In this document: one piece after another, positions 46,901 through 60,543 of the stretch | Position numbering within the stretch: position 1 is the first letter of the stretch | Layout: every line of letters begins with the position of its first letter | From: Vitrella brassicaformis CCMP3155 | Lineage: Eukaryota; Protista; Chromerida | Reading direction: 5' to 3' | Length of the DNA stretch: 64,000 bases | Assembly: GCA_001179505.1 (NCBI GenBank) | Contig: CDMY01000238.1 | Span: 62,001 to 126,000 of the forward strand | Program-made: the position numbers and the translations under genes | Notes under the pieces: generated by a model | What the model was told of the DNA's origin: nothing | Seen by the model: only the letters and a program-made list of their open reading frames with translations | Database searches by the model: none

Positions 46901-49900
46901 TGCTGCTGCGGATGGGGCGGCAAGTCCATCTGCAGACTCAGTGGGCACAGGCTGATCCGGCCCGGGGGCGTCGGTGCTGTCAACAGGAACAGCGGCAGCA
47001 GCCTCGCTTGTCTGTTGGGCGGCAGGGGATGTGTCCCCGCTGCTGAACGCCCTGTCCTTGTCTGCACCGTCCTCGTGGGCAGCGGCCTCCTGCTGCTGCT
47101 TCTTGGATTTCTTCTTTTTCTTTTTGCTCTTGTTCTTCTTCTTCCGGTTGCCGGCGGCGCCCCCCGCGTCCTTGTCCTCCTCACCCTCTGGCCCCTCCTG
47201 CCCCTCGACGGCGCCACCTGAGCCGCCAGAGTCGACCAGGCTGCTCGATGACGTCTTGATGGAGATGCCCTTGGCGTCGGCTGTGTCGTCCTTGCCCTCG
47301 CCCGCCTTGCGCTTCCTGTTGCGCAGGCTCTCGTCGATCTCGGCGTCGCTGGCCATGCCGGAGGGGCAGGAGAGCCCGCGGATGAAGCGCATCCGGTGGA
47401 GCGTCTCCAGATGCCCCCTGACCAGCTTGGCGGCTTCCGAGGTCACGATCGACTCGGGCGCGCGCGTCAGGTCGTCGTGCAGCTGCAGCGGTTCGTCAGC
47501 CGATGCCGATGCTGTCTTCTTATCCTTCTTGTCACCCTCCCCCTCCCCCTCCTGCTTGTCCGAGCCGCCCTTCTTCTCCCTCAGTAGCACCCTGTAGGTG
47601 AACTGCTGGTGGGGACCGCCCCACGGCCGCACCAGCATCGCCGGCGCCCCTGAGTCCTTCTCGCCATCGGCCTTGTCGGTCTCCTGAGGCGTGAGCGAGC
47701 CCTCATCGCCTCCGACGTAAAACCGCACGGTCGGCCCCGACGACTCGCCCTCCTGCTCTTTGGCCCCTCGGCCGCTGGCACGGGGCGCGACGGTGATGGA
47801 GATGCCCCGCCGGCCTCCGGGAAAGACGGAGACGTCATCCGGCTGCTGGTACTGCTTGGGGATGGGCGATGCCGTGCCGTATTTGAGGACGGCCTCGAGC
47901 ACCGGGATGTTGGACGAGAGTGGCACGTTGTTGAGGAACAGCTGGATGGACATGTTCTTGGACAGATCCTCGGGCCTCTCGGGCCGAGTGGGTGCCTGAG
48001 GGGGCTGCGCGGCAGCAGCAGCTGCTGCTGCTGCCGCGGCAGGAGGCTCGGGAGGTGCGGGGCTGGCCGATGGTGTGGGTGCGGTGGGTGACCCAGCGGC
48101 TGGCGACCCTGCTTTGTTCTGCTGGGCACGCTTCTTCTTCTCCCGCCTACGGGCGCTCCTGCTCATCGGGGGACCGCCTGCACCAGCCGCAGCCGCAGCG
48201 GCTGCTGCTGGTGAGCCAGCAGCATCGGGCTTGTCCCCCTGGCCATCACCACCCATGGCCTCGTCACCTTCCATCGGGTGGTCTGCGGGCTCTGTCTCAG
48301 GTGGTGCTGGTCCGGGTCTGGCGTCATCGTCGCCCCATGAGTCCATCATGTCCATGTATTCGTCGCCGATGCCGCCCTCCACCCTCCTGTGTGGCGGGGG
48401 TGAGGTGGGGGACTCCTCGTCGGGGTGTGGCTCCTCAGCTGCGTAGTCCATGCCCGCGTCGATGGCGTGGGGCGGGCGGTGGCCGAAGTCATCCTCATCC
48501 TCATCATCTGACAGAGACCATGACACACACGAGATCGGCCTATGTGTTTCGACGCGTCTTGTCGGGTGTCTGCGGTGCGAGTGTGTGAGTTGCCACACCT
48601 TCTTCATCGTAGTCGGGCTCGAATCTTGACCGTTCGTACATGACGTCCTCTGGCGGGCGCTCCTCCACCTCATCCTCATAGTCGTAGTCGTCATCCATGA
48701 ACTCCGCGCCCTCAGCCGGCGGGCCACCCGCCTCATCCATCGCCTCTGCACGAGCCATCTCCACGTCGCCGTCGTTGTCCCGCGCACCACTACCATCCCC
48801 GTCACCGCCGGAGGCCGCTGCCGCACCCTCCCTCCGGCCCTCGTCCATGGCCGCCCTGCTGACGGGCGACCCCTCCTCTGATGTGAAGTCCTCAGTGCTC
48901 ATGGGGGGTGGGGGGCCGGGCTGTGGGGGCATCTCGCTGGGCGGGTGGTCCTCGCGCCCAGCAGCGCTGCGCTTGATCATGTCCCGCATCTGCCGCATCC
49001 GCTCCCACGACGCCTCGTCGGGGTCGCGGTCGCCTTCCTTCTTGCCACCAGCCATGGCCTTCTTGGCACCCAGACGGGCTGCCATCGACGGCGGCATGTC
49101 ATAGTATGCTCGGGCCGACCGGAATGCGGCAGCGGATGAGTTGGGGTCCTCACGTCGGTTGGCTGCCGGGGTGCGGGCGATGATGGTGCGTCGCACGTAG
49201 TCCTCCAGGTAGGCCACGGTGGTGGTGGCGTCAATGTGCACGCCGCTCTCGAACAGCTCAAGGCCGTCCGGGCCTCGCATGCGGCGGCCAGCAGCCGGGC
49301 GAGGAGGGCCCATACCGTAGGCCATGGCCATCTCGAATCGCTCCCTGTCCCTGTCTCGGTCCATCATCCTCTCCCTCTCGTATGCCAACATGCTGCTCGG
49401 CTCCATGCTCATCCGCTCGTACATGAGCGACCGCTCGCGGTCGACGCGGTCCATCAGGGCGATCATCCGTGACCGCTCCCGGTCCCGGTCCCGCCGCTCG
49501 TCGTCCTTGCTGCGCTGCATGCGTCGGTCCATGAGGCTGTGGAAGATACTCGGGCGGTCTCGGTCTCCCCCCTCTTCTCTGTCCCAGCCTGATGGGGGCG
49601 GAGGGATGCCAGACGGGCCAGAAGGGGGTGCTGCGGCCGCCTTGGCCGCCACAGATCGGGAGGGAGGCACCTTGGGCTGGTGGTCCTGCGCCTCCTTCTT
49701 GTCACCCTTGTCCTTCTTGTCCTTGCCATCCCTGTCAGGCTTGTCCCTGTTGTCGCTCTTGTCGCGGCTGCCCGTGCAACCGAACGGGGGGAAGCCGAAG
49801 TTAGTCAGCCACGAACTCGGCGCCTTGTCCTTCTCCTTGTCGTCACCACCATCCTTCTTGCCGCCCTTGTCCTTGTCGCCCGCGTCATCCCCACCGCCAT

Positions 49901-52900
49901 CACCGCCCTCCCGGGGCGCCCCTTCCTTGGGCCTCAGGAACGAGCTGGGGATGAGGCGGCCACTCGCTGGCGGCACTGCCGGCCTGGGGAAGGGCGGGCT
50001 GCTCTTCTTGTCGCCATTGTCGGGTTTGTGCTCGATGGGTGAGAGGTTGGCCCTGAGGGGCTCCTTGAGTGACCGCAGGAGTGTCAGGGGGTTGGCGTAG
50101 GGGTTGCGGTCCTCGCGGTCAGTGGTGCGGGGCCGGCCGCCGCTGTTGAGGTATCGGTAGACGTGGTGGGAAAACTCACGGTGGTGCCCAGAGCCCTCAC
50201 TCTGACCCAGCATCAGCTCAGCCCGTCGGCGTTTGGCGTCCTGAGCACTCGGGGGCCGCAGGTGGGCGGGGAGCGACGCGTCGGCGTCAGCAATCTGCCA
50301 GTAGATGCGCACGGGGAGCCGCTCGGCCCGGCTGATGGACCGGACACACAGCTGCACCAGCCGCATGAGTGCCGTGGTGTCGCCCTTGTGGGCCAGGGTG
50401 TCGAGGAAGAGGTACAGCCGCCGAAAAGCCTCCTGCCGGTCCCTCAAGAGGGCCGAGCCGTTGTCATCGCCACCCGACTTGTCGTGATCGTCGGTCGCCA
50501 TGTCGGTGTGCTCGCTGCGCACAACGCCACCGAAGAGGAACGAGCACAGCGCCTGGGCGGTGCCTGCACAAACAGAGAAGACACGACAGGCTCATCCGTC
50601 AGCACGCCCATGAATGTGGTTGTCGCTTCCGTGACATACCTGTGTGTAGGAATTCGTATGGCGAGAGGTCCTCTGCGAGCAGGAGGTGCTGCAGCTTGCT
50701 CAGCGCCTCCTTGGCGCTCGACAGGTAGGACGTGTCCACTGGGGGCGCCGACACGGGCATCATCATCTTGGGCCGAGCCGGCGCCACCACCGACGCCATG
50801 GCCGCCTCCATCTCCTCCGGTGACAGGTGGTCGCTCAGCGATTGGGCGCCACTGCCGCCCGCCACACCCATCGTCACATCGCCATCGTTGTCTGCCTCGT
50901 CGTCGGTCGACTGCTGGATGGCTGGGCAGCTCCTGCTGTCGCGCTTGAGTTTGGTGGTGATGGTCTGCAGCTGCTTGAGGTTCTTGTTCTCGGCCACCAT
51001 CTCGGCCACGTACTGCTCCAGCACGGCGTCGGCCGTGGCGCCGATCATCCGGTGGAGGTCGTGGTCGGCGGGGCCGGTGTGCGTCTTGGCGTCCTGGCGG
51101 GCGCGTCGCGGCTCGCCAGTGAGCTTGTAGATGGCGGCGATGAGGCCGTGGCGGACGAACGGCTGGGCGAAAGCGTCGTAGTCGATGGTCAGCACCTCCA
51201 GCACAACAGACAAGGCCGCAAGGATCTGACAACATGCAAGGGCAGCACAAAGACGTGACAGCATGGTACCCTGGTGCTTCTGGCCAGCACTTACCGTGGT
51301 GGGTGATGTGGATGAGGTCAGCAGCCCGGCCATGAAAGAGCTGAGCTCTGTGGCGTCCATGCACTCCAACACCTCCCGCGCCTGCGATATGTCCATGTGC
51401 CCGTTCTCGCCGCCAACCACAGTCCAGCCGTCAGCAGACTCCTTGTGGCTCGACTGCGGGCCCCTCAGCGCGCATGCGAGGTCGGGCTGGACACAGTGGG
51501 AGAGGCACGTGACGCACACCACCAGCATCGACACGGCCAGCGACTGGGTGGCGGAGGAGCCGGCCATCTGGCTGACGTTGATCGACACCAAACGGGGCAG
51601 AAGTGTCCTGCATACAGTCATCACACAAAATGACGCAGACCAGACCGTCCGTGTGTTCCTGCCCTTGCTCACTTCATGAGTTGCTCGATGTGCGGCCAGT
51701 ATGCCCGAATGACCTCCATGCGGCTGTAGTCGAGCACCAGGGCACGCTGGCGGTGCCGCGCCGACCCGCCCCGCGGCCACCTCTGCCGGTCGCTGCCGGG
51801 CGATGGGGCCGCCTCCCACTGGGGATTGTAGTACAGCATCGGCAGCATCGACGCAGCCAGACACAACACGCGCAGCATCAACACGCCCTCAGCACCATCC
51901 TGCAGAGAGGTGGAGAGAGACAGACAGACAGACGGGGGAGATGTGATGATGTGTGTCGTTTTGTTCGTGTGTTGGTGGCTGCTTGCTTACGGCTTGAAAG
52001 AAGTCCCTGAGAATGATGGCGAGGTTCTTGGGCTCCTGTGCGAGTGCCCTTGCAGCGACTTGGTCAGAGTAGTGGGTCATGACCGACACGCAATACGACC
52101 CCCACAGCACGGTGCTCAGGTCGCCCACCTCCCCGGCAAGCCCCTTGGATATGACGTCCAGCAGTCTGGACAGCGGCCCCTCGCCCATCTCGGCAAACAC
52201 CTTGGCGACCAGCTCACCCGAACCCTTCTCCTGGGGCGCCTCATCCTTCTTGTCCTTGTCACCACCAGACGATGATGCCGGTGCCGCGGCCGCGGCAGCT
52301 GCTGCTGCTGCCGGTGGGGGGCTGCCCTTGCGCTCGGGCGGAGCAGCACCGGAGAGCATACTCGCGCGAAGGGCGCTGGAGAGAGAGAGGGATCAACATG
52401 TGATGCCTGGATCTTGTGTATTTCCCTGTGCTGGGTGTGGTGTGTGTTACCTCGATATTTTGGGTGGTGGTGGCTCGTCCGGCATTGTGACCTCGTGGGG
52501 CCCATAGAGATCCACTATGTTGTCTACCACTGACACCCAGCACTCACCAGCATGCTGAATAACCAAGCCACCAGGATACAGGCATTATCAGAGAGACAGA
52601 TGGCCTGATGTGCGTTTGGGGTAGTGCATCGCATCCTACCTGGAGGACTTGTGGGTCGTCGTGCACGAGCAGGTTGGTGAGTGATGAGATGGACGGCTTC
52701 ACCTGATTCACGTACACGTCGCGACTCGGGATGTAGTGCAGCTGCCCTGTTCGACACACACGTGACAGACACCAAACATTAGGGTGGTCCTGGGCTCGGC
52801 GGTCCTGGTCTGTGTGATTGTCATACGTGCGACGGCGGTGACGACGGTTCGGTGGATGGCGAGGGACGGGAAGAAGTCGACGTATTTGAGCATGGCCTCC

Positions 52901-54380
52901 ACACCGCCGGCCTTCAGAATCGCCATCGGCTGCTCGTCCGCTATCTTGCCTAACAGCTGCTCACATCACACAGACATACAGAAGAGTGAGCTGGTTCGTG
53001 GCTTGTCATGTGGTGGTGGTGGCTATGAGTGGGTACTGTACCGATAGGACTGAGTCGATGAGGTCTTCGTATGGTGTCTGGTTGAGCTTGTTACACATCA
53101 CCGGCACACCACCTGCAGTGCAACACACCGGTACACACACGAATCGTGATCCAATACATTCCGGCGGGCCTGCCCTCTCTGTGCGTGTGGTGTGTGCATA
53201 CCTGAGTTGACGACGAGTGTGATGGCCGGCGGCAGCACGTCGATGACCTGGTAGAGGCAGCGCGACGCCATGAGCATCCTGTTGGCGTCGTCGTTGCCGA
53301 ACTGGAGGTTGAAGTGCTGCGCCTCGTCCCCCAGGGCCATGGCCAGCTCCAGCGCCACGGCCTCGTCCACACCGGTGTTCTTGCCCCCGTCCTTGTTCTC
53401 GAGCAGCTCGATGAGCAAAGGCACGAACTCCTCCAGCGGCAGCGACATGACCAGCTCCTCCGACCCCATGAGCAGCTGGTTGCACAGCTCGCTCAGCGCC
53501 AGGCTCTGCGCCTGCGAGTCGGCCGACCGCAGCGACTTGAGCATCTGACTCCACCGTGACGACCCCCCGCCGCCACCGAATGGGTCCCGCAGGTGTCTGC
53601 GGAACATGCCGCTCATCCCACGCACCTCCTCGTCGAGCGGTGAAGCCGCAGCTGCCGCAGGTGGCTCGTCATTGACGGCACCTGAACATACACAATCACA
53701 CATTGATGGACTCGTGGACGCGTCGCCTGTCTCTCTCTGGCTGGCAGCTGACCTGAGGCGGCCGCTGCCGCAGCGTTGGTCTGCCCCTCCTGCCCCTCGT
53801 CCCCCTTGGGACCGCTGGCCCCTCCATCCGACATCTTGGCACGCTTGCTCTTGCGAACACGCCGCGGAGCTGCCGCCTCGTGCTCCTGCTGTTGCTGTTG
53901 TTGCTCTTCCTGTTCTTCTCCCTCTTCCTGGTGATCGATGTCGAGGTCGATCTCTGACGACTTGCGCTTCCGACCCTTGAGCTTCCGGCCCACGGAGGAA
54001 CGACGCTCGCCCACACCTGCTGCAGCAGCCGCGGACGCTCCTGCTGCAGACGACGATGGCCCTGGACCACCCGCCTCCTCTCCCTCCTCCTGACCCTCGC
54101 CTCCCTGCTGCTCAGCCCGTGGTGGGGCAGCCGATGCCGCCCGCCTGGACCGTTTGCTGGCTCGGTTGGCCTCCTTCTTGGCTCGCGCCTTCTCCCTCCT
54201 CTCGTGTCGTCGGTCCCTCTCCGCCCGCTGCTCCTCAACAGACGATGCCGCCGCTGATGCGTGGGCTGGTGGTGCTGGTGGTGCTGGTTGGTTTTGAGGA
54301 TGTGATGCGTTTGCCCTGTGTGCTTGAGACCGCCTCGGGACTGGGGCGTTCTCCCGCCTATCCTTGGCCTTGGTTGACAT
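43998..54380 (-). CDS. TRIP12: HECT E3 ubiquitin ligase, TRIP12/UPL3/Ufd4 type (ARM repeats + HECT)
   Basis: LSELCNQLLMGSEE, ARM region, FCSPSLSSKVLRQLTDPLAV...ACPYLFFFEARR, EVEYYNESGSGLGPTLEFY, GLFPQA, HFKLLGMLVAKSL, QFATGAPALP.GF..L, LPSVMTCTNYLKLPRF...AINEGQGSFLLS*. Confidence 0.93.
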
Positions 54381-55015
54381 ACACAGAGGGGAGGCACGCG
54401 GGCATCAGTGAGCGGACCAACAACAGCACCCACAGACTGACGGTAGGATCAGGGACAGATAGGCCGAGGGGCGAAGGGAGGGAGAGAGGGAGGGACGAAG
54501 TGAATGCGATGCCGAGGGACCAAACGTGTCTCAAGAATCACCTGCAGACACACATAACACATCGATGTCTCGTTCAGACTGGCCATGGTGACGCCAGCGA
54601 GGCGCCACAGGCACCCAGCTAAGCCATGCTGTGTCCGTGCATGTCTCTCTGATCATAGACGGACCTCGGGTGATGCAAGGATGTCGTATGCTGCCGTGCC
54701 TGACACTCCTGTTGACCCTCTGCTGGGGTAGTGAGCTGTGTCGGCTGCCGGAGTCTCGTAGCGACTCCAACGCGCAAGATCAAAGAAACAGATACTCTAC
54801 AACGCTCTCTGTGGGTGAGCAGCTGCACAAGAGCTCCTCTGTGAACGCCAGAGCCCCTCCAATGGCTCTTTTTCAGCCCTCTGGAAGGAGTGCGAGCTCG
54901 CCCTGGATCGCTTTCCCTCAGCTCGCAGCCGAAGAAGCGACGTCTCCCTTTTCACTGCATCCTGTGAGCCCCTATTCGGTGCTCTCGCGGTTCGTCGCAA
55001 AGATCTGCAAATATC

Positions 55016-58000
55016 ATGGCTTATCGAGGTAGGATGACTCATCTCCCTCACTGGTGAGTGCTCATTCGGGCGCCTCCGTGTGCGCCTCTGTGTCTGTGTG
55101 TGTGCAGATGACGATTTGGTGTGCGCGTGGCCCGTGCCGTCTGACCTGGACATTGCCCAGTCCATCGCGCCCATCCCAATGCAGGAGCTCTCCGCCAAGA
55201 TGGGGCTGGCACAGGAGGAGATACACTACTACGGCAGATACAAGGTCGCACGGGGCACTTTGTGCTGACGGATGAGTCGGCCATGAGTCAAAGTCATCGT
55301 CTGATGCTCTGTGTTGTCATGGTTGTCATGTGTGTCAGGCCAAGGTGGATCTGTGTGTGCTTGATCGGCTGAAGGACGCGCCCAATGGCAAATATGTGGT
55401 CGTCACGGGCGTCACGCCCACACCGCTGGGCGAGGGCAAGACCACCACAACGGTAGGCGCCGCGCAAGGGATGGACAGACGAACACCGATAGAGAGGCCA
55501 TCTGTTTGTCGTGTGTGTTGTCAGGTTGGTTTGAGTCAGGCGTTTGGCAAGCACCTGGGCTGCCCGGTGTTCACGTGCGTCAGGCAACCCAGCATGGGTG
55601 AGTGACTAAGTGAGTGAGTCACCGACACGCAGGACGAGAGGACGACAAAGGATGCTCGCTCACTGCCTCTGCGGGTGCAGGTCCAACCTTTGGGATGAAG
55701 GGAGGCGCGGCTGGCGGGGGATACTCACAAAGTGAGTAAGGTCGACGACGAAGCGAGCACGCGAATGAATGGCCGTTTCCGTGTGTCTGTAGTCATTCCT
55801 ATGGAGGAGTTCAATCTGCACCTCACTGGGGACCTCCACGCCGTCGCGTAAGCACTGACAGCCCAGACACGCACGGGATGGTGCCCTTACTGACTCTGTT
55901 TCTTTCCCCATCCATTCGTGTAGGATTGCCAACAATCTGGTAAACAGACACCGCCCGAACGCGTCTGACTTTCACCACTCTTGTCTTTCGCTTCCCATGA
56001 TGTGGTCCACCAGCTCGCGGCTGCCATCGACACACGCATGTTCCACGAGGTGACCACACACAACGACAGCCAGGCCCTGTGGGCGACTCAACAAGCAACG
56101 CTTTGCCTTCTACGTGGCTGCAGTCGACGCAGAAGGACGAGGCCCTGTTCGACCGGCTCGTCCCGAGGGACTCCGCGGGAGGCAAACGGTGAGTAAGCCC
56201 ACACCAACACACAGCCGCGGGCCAATGGTGAATTCGATTCTGTGACGCAGGCGCTTTGCCCCCGTCATGAAGAAGAGACTCGCCAAACTCGGCATCGACC
56301 CAGAAATAGAGTAAGGACACGCCTCAATCAACAGGTCGATTGGGGTGAATGTGTCCTCTCTCCTGTTTCAGTGGCGACTCGTTGACAGCCGAGCAGAAGG
56401 GTGCGTTTGCGCGTCTGGACATCGACCCCGACACCATCATCACTCGACGAGTCGTAGACGTCAATGACAGGGCACTCAGAGGAATCACCATCGGAAAAGG
56501 TCACACATTCTCACCCCACACGCAATTACGCAACCACCATGACCCGCGCACACGTAGGTGAACGTCTTTTTGGCTGCAGGCGAGAACGAGAAGGCGCCTC
56601 GCGAGACAGGTTTTGACATCGCTGTCGCGTCTGAGGCCATGGCCATCCTGGCTCTCGCCCAAGACCTCCCGGATCTGCGGGACAGACTGGGAAGGGCCGT
56701 CGTCGCATCTAGCAAAAATGGTACGGTGCACATACAGACAGTGGGAGATATGATCCATACACTGCTGTGGTTGTCGTTGCTCTCTGTGTGCAGGCGATGC
56801 GATAACGGCCGACGATTTGGGTGTGGGTGGTGCCATGACGGTGCTGATGAAGGACGCACTGATGCCCACCCTGCTGCAGACACTCGAGGGCACTCCGGTG
56901 TTCGTCCACGCGGGGCCATTCGCTAACATCGCTCACGGCAACTCGAGCATCGTCGCGGGTGAGCCACAGTGCTCGCGAAGAAAGGACGAGGCACTGAGAA
57001 GGATGGTGACATTCGTCGTGTGCAGACAAGGTGGCTTTGAAGATGGTGGGCCCTGAGGGATTCGTCATCACAGAGGCTGGTGAGTGGGTGCGTCAGACAT
57101 ATGTTTCGACGTATCGACACGTGTGCCTTGGTGCGTTTTAGGATTTGGTGCTGATGTTGGTTTTGAGAAGTTTTGCGACATCAAGTGCCGGTCCAGCGGG
57201 CTGCACCCCGACTGTGCCGTCATTGTGGCCACCGTACGGGCACTCAAGGTCAGTGCTGACACACCGCCCACGGCACACCTGCAGCACAAACATTGTCGCA
57301 CACGTGTGTGTTGCGTGCAGCTGCATGGCGGTGGCCCGCCAGTGATCGCGGGGAAGCCCAAGGCACCATGCTACACGGTGAGTAGAGGCACAGACTCACT
57401 CTGACATCGGTTTGCGTGTCTTCTGCACACCGATGTGTGTCGGCTCGCTTGTGTGTGTGGGCAGTCTGAGGAGGTGGATCTCGTCGAGAAGGGCTGCTGC
57501 AACCTGCAAGGTCGGCACAACACTCACTCCTACATACGGACACACACAAGAAAGCCATCTTCATTCATTGATGTGCGTTGGTGGGGCACGTCCATCTGTC
57601 CATCCATCTGTCCATCAGTGCATGTGCGCAACTGCCGCAAGTACGGTCTCCCAGTGGTGGTGTGCGTCAACAGACACCCCACAGACACCGCCCGCGAGAT
57701 CGACATCGTGTGCCAAAAGGCAGTCGAGGCGGGCGCGAACAAAGGTACAGACACCACACGCCGCACATCACCTTGAGTCTCCCATTCGTCTGTTTGCTTG
57801 TGTGTCAGCTGTGTGTGGTGAGCACTGGTCGAGTGGCGGCAAGGGGGCCGTGGCGCTGGCAGAAGCCGTCAAAGAGGTCAGTGACCAAAAGGCAGCACAG
57901 CAAACCATGGGCTCGTGGGCAATCGACGCCTTTTATGGTCCGTGCTGTTACTCTTTGTGTGCGCCTTTTCAGGCGTGCTCGCTGCCAGAGAAAGGTAAGT

Positions 58001-58769
58001 CCGGCAGGCAACAGAGAATGTCTCAGCACCAACATGGGTCATCGTTGTGCTTGCAGCCTTCAGTTTCCTCTACCCCCTGGACATCAGCATCAAGGAGAAA
58101 ATCAGTGAGAGAGACCGACACACACAAACATGGTGACTATCCTTCCGCACCACACGAGTGTGTGTCCCACGTGTGCAGGCGCGATATGTGTGAACATATA
58201 CGGTGCTAAGGACGTCGAGTACTCTGACGTGGCCAACGCCAAAGTCGAACGATTCGAAAAACAAGGTGACCCCGAGACGCCAAGACATATATACGCCCAC
58301 ACCACCTCTCATCGCCTCATTCTTGTGTGTGGTCAGGTTTCTCTGGCATGCCCATCTGCATGGCCAAGACCCAATACTCACTCAGCCACGACGCAGACCT
58401 CAAGGCAAAACAAACAAGCCAACACTTACACACATACACGCACCCATATGTGTGTGTGTGTGTGCTTGCTGCCATGTATGTGTGCTCAGGGCGCTCCCAC
58501 GGGCTTCACTGTCCTCGTCAAGGACGGTGAGCACACGGTTACAAGACAGCACAACACAGATCCGTGTGTGTGCAGTGCGTGCGGCAGTGGGTGCCGGCTT
58601 CATCTATCCTCTGCTCGGACCCATCATGACCATGCCAGGTGGGTCGACCACACCACCGACCACCATGCGTAATCGACCATGGCCGTTGTCTGCAGGTCTG
58701 CCCACCCGCCCCGCGTTTTACGACGTCGACATAGATTTTTCAACAGGCAAGATCACGGGGCTCTTCTGA
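55016..58769 (+). CDS. fhs: Formate--tetrahydrofolate ligase (monofunctional FTHFS), highly intron-split
   Basis: [42 protein letters not shown]|[72 protein letters not shown]|[13 protein letters not shown]...GLF*. Confidence 0.96.
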
Positions 58770-58939
58770 AGTGCACACTACTGCTCCTGGTGGATGGCAG
58801 TAGTAGGGATGCGGGAGGGCTGCATGCTCTCACGTGTGCAGATACATCCACTAACTCTTGCCTCCTTTTTATGGCTTTTCGCTGCTCCACCCGTGTGACT
58901 GATGGTGGTGGTGCAGCGCATAGGAGGGGTGGGGTGGGG

Positions 58940-60530
58940 TGCTGTATGTCTGTAAGTACTTACCAGAGCTGCACGCGCGCGTTTTTTTTTATTCATCTGA
59001 CGGACAGCTGGTCAACTGAGTGGGAGGAAGGAGAGAATCGGTATGTGCTCAGGGAGGTGTTAGCACAACTGCCACTGCCCTCGTCGGGGCTCCGCTACAG
59101 ACCACAATGCGGGTTCGAACTCCGCCGCCTCCCTCTCTATACTGACGTCTTGTCGCCTCTCTCGTCGTGCGGTGCGCAAAGCACAGATGGATGTGATGGT
59201 GTGGCGTGTTGTCTGTAAGTTACTTGACATGGCCACACGCGCAATTTTTCACTCATTTGACGGGCAGCTGACTGAGTCTGGGGAAGGAGAGAGCTGATGT
59301 GTGTTCAGGGAGGTGCTGGCACAACTGCCACTGCCTTCGCCGGCTCCAGCAACCAGCAATGCGGGTTCGAGCCCCGCCGCCTCCTCTTTCTTGCACACGT
59401 CCTGTCGCTTGTTCTGTCGTGACATACGGACGGCCCGTCCTGTCTCTCTGTTTGCGACGATTGACTGAGTGCCCAACCGCCGTGTACAGAGCGCCAGCCA
59501 GCCAGCCACCACCCACCCCACACATACATACCTATGTGTACATGGATGGATGGACGGATGAGTGCAGTACGTGCGCGATTGAGACGCCAGTCGTTGATTC
59601 ATTCAACGATTGTCACAAGCAGCCCTTTTTCCCCACACACGAAGACAATTTTTTGCGGCGTGTGTGAGAAGTGGTGGTGGCGGTGGTGTTGAAAGGTGTG
59701 ATGGCGTGGTGTCTGCTGTCTATTGTCTATAAATACACAGGCAATTTTTCATCGACCTCACCCACAGCTGACCATGGATAGCAGGTGGAAGGAAGGGCGG
59801 CAGTGATTGTGGTTAGGGAGGTGTTAGCACAATTGCTGCCACGATCTACCGCTAATTGATCACAATGCGGGTTCGACCCCCGCCGCCTCCTCTCTCTTGC
59901 ACACGTCCTGTCGCTTGTTCTGTCGTGCAGTGCACGCAAACGGCCCGTCCTGTCTCTCTGTGGTTGCTCGCCCGCCCGCCGTGTACAGAATAGCCACCCA
60001 CCACCACCACCCACACACCCACCGACCACACACATACACACCTATGTGTCTATGGATGGATGGCTGGACGGACGGGTGCGATGCATGTGCATGATGCACG
60101 TCAGTGAGAGAGACCGAGACCATTGACACGCGATTCATTGATTCAACGATTAGTCGGAAGCAGCCCTTTTTTCCCACACACGAAGACGGTTTTTTGTGGC
60201 GTGGATGAGAAATGCTGGCGGTGGTGGTGAAAGGTTTGATGGAGAGGGACGCCCTTTGCTTTGCAGCGAGGTGTTGGCACAATTCTGTTGCTGCCTTGAC
60301 ATCTAGCGATTCACCACAATGCGGGTTCGAACTCCGCCACCTTCCTCTCTCTCCACCGACGTCATGCCGCTTGTTCTGTCATGCGGTGCAGTGCAGTGCG
60401 AACGGCCCGTCCTGTCTCTCTTGCTGAATTCACTTATTGCCCGCCCGTCGTGTACAGAGGGGCCGCCCACCCACCCACCCACCCACCCACATACAGACAG
60501 ACCTGCGTGTACCTGGACGGATGGACGAAG
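58940..60530 (+). repeat. Tandem array of four diverged units (~250-500 bp), each with a tRNA-shaped element
   Basis: Shared blocks gtcctgtcgcttgttctgtc, acggcccgtcctgtctctc, cgtgtacaga and gattcattcaacgatt...gaagac recur. tRNA-like cores at 59053-59132, 59309-59384, 59817-59890 and 60267-60344. Confidence 0.85.
59817..59890 (+). ncRNA. Best-preserved tRNA-like element of the array (pseudo-tRNA or SINE head)
   Basis: GGAGGTG pairs with CGCCTCC. A-box-like TAGCACAATTG. T-arm GCGGG-TTCGACC-CCCGC. Imperfect anticodon-like stem around the CCGCTAA loop. 74 nt. Confidence 0.5.
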
Positions 60531-60543
60531 TCATGTGCAACAT

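Noticed and set aside
46055-51864. Long plus-strand ORFs (e.g. 46055-47221, 50163-50948)
   Set aside because: They are antisense shadows of GC-rich HECT exons and have no domain motifs.
43998-54380. PAR-binding WWE domain in the TRIP12-like ligase, linking it to the ART/PARG pair
   Set aside because: No WWE motif is recognisable in the translated exons, so proximity alone is not evidence.
54631-55032. ORF with a signal-peptide-like stretch upstream of FTHFS
   Set aside because: It is out of frame with the FTHFS first exon, has no homology cue and lies in the divergent promoter region.
59053-60344. tmRNA 3' end or tRNA-Sec interpretation of GCGGGTTCGAACTCCGCCGCCTCC
   Set aside because: The acceptor 5' half lies only about 70 nt upstream, there is no tag ORF or CCA, and the extra base does not pair to give a Sec-type 9/4 fold.
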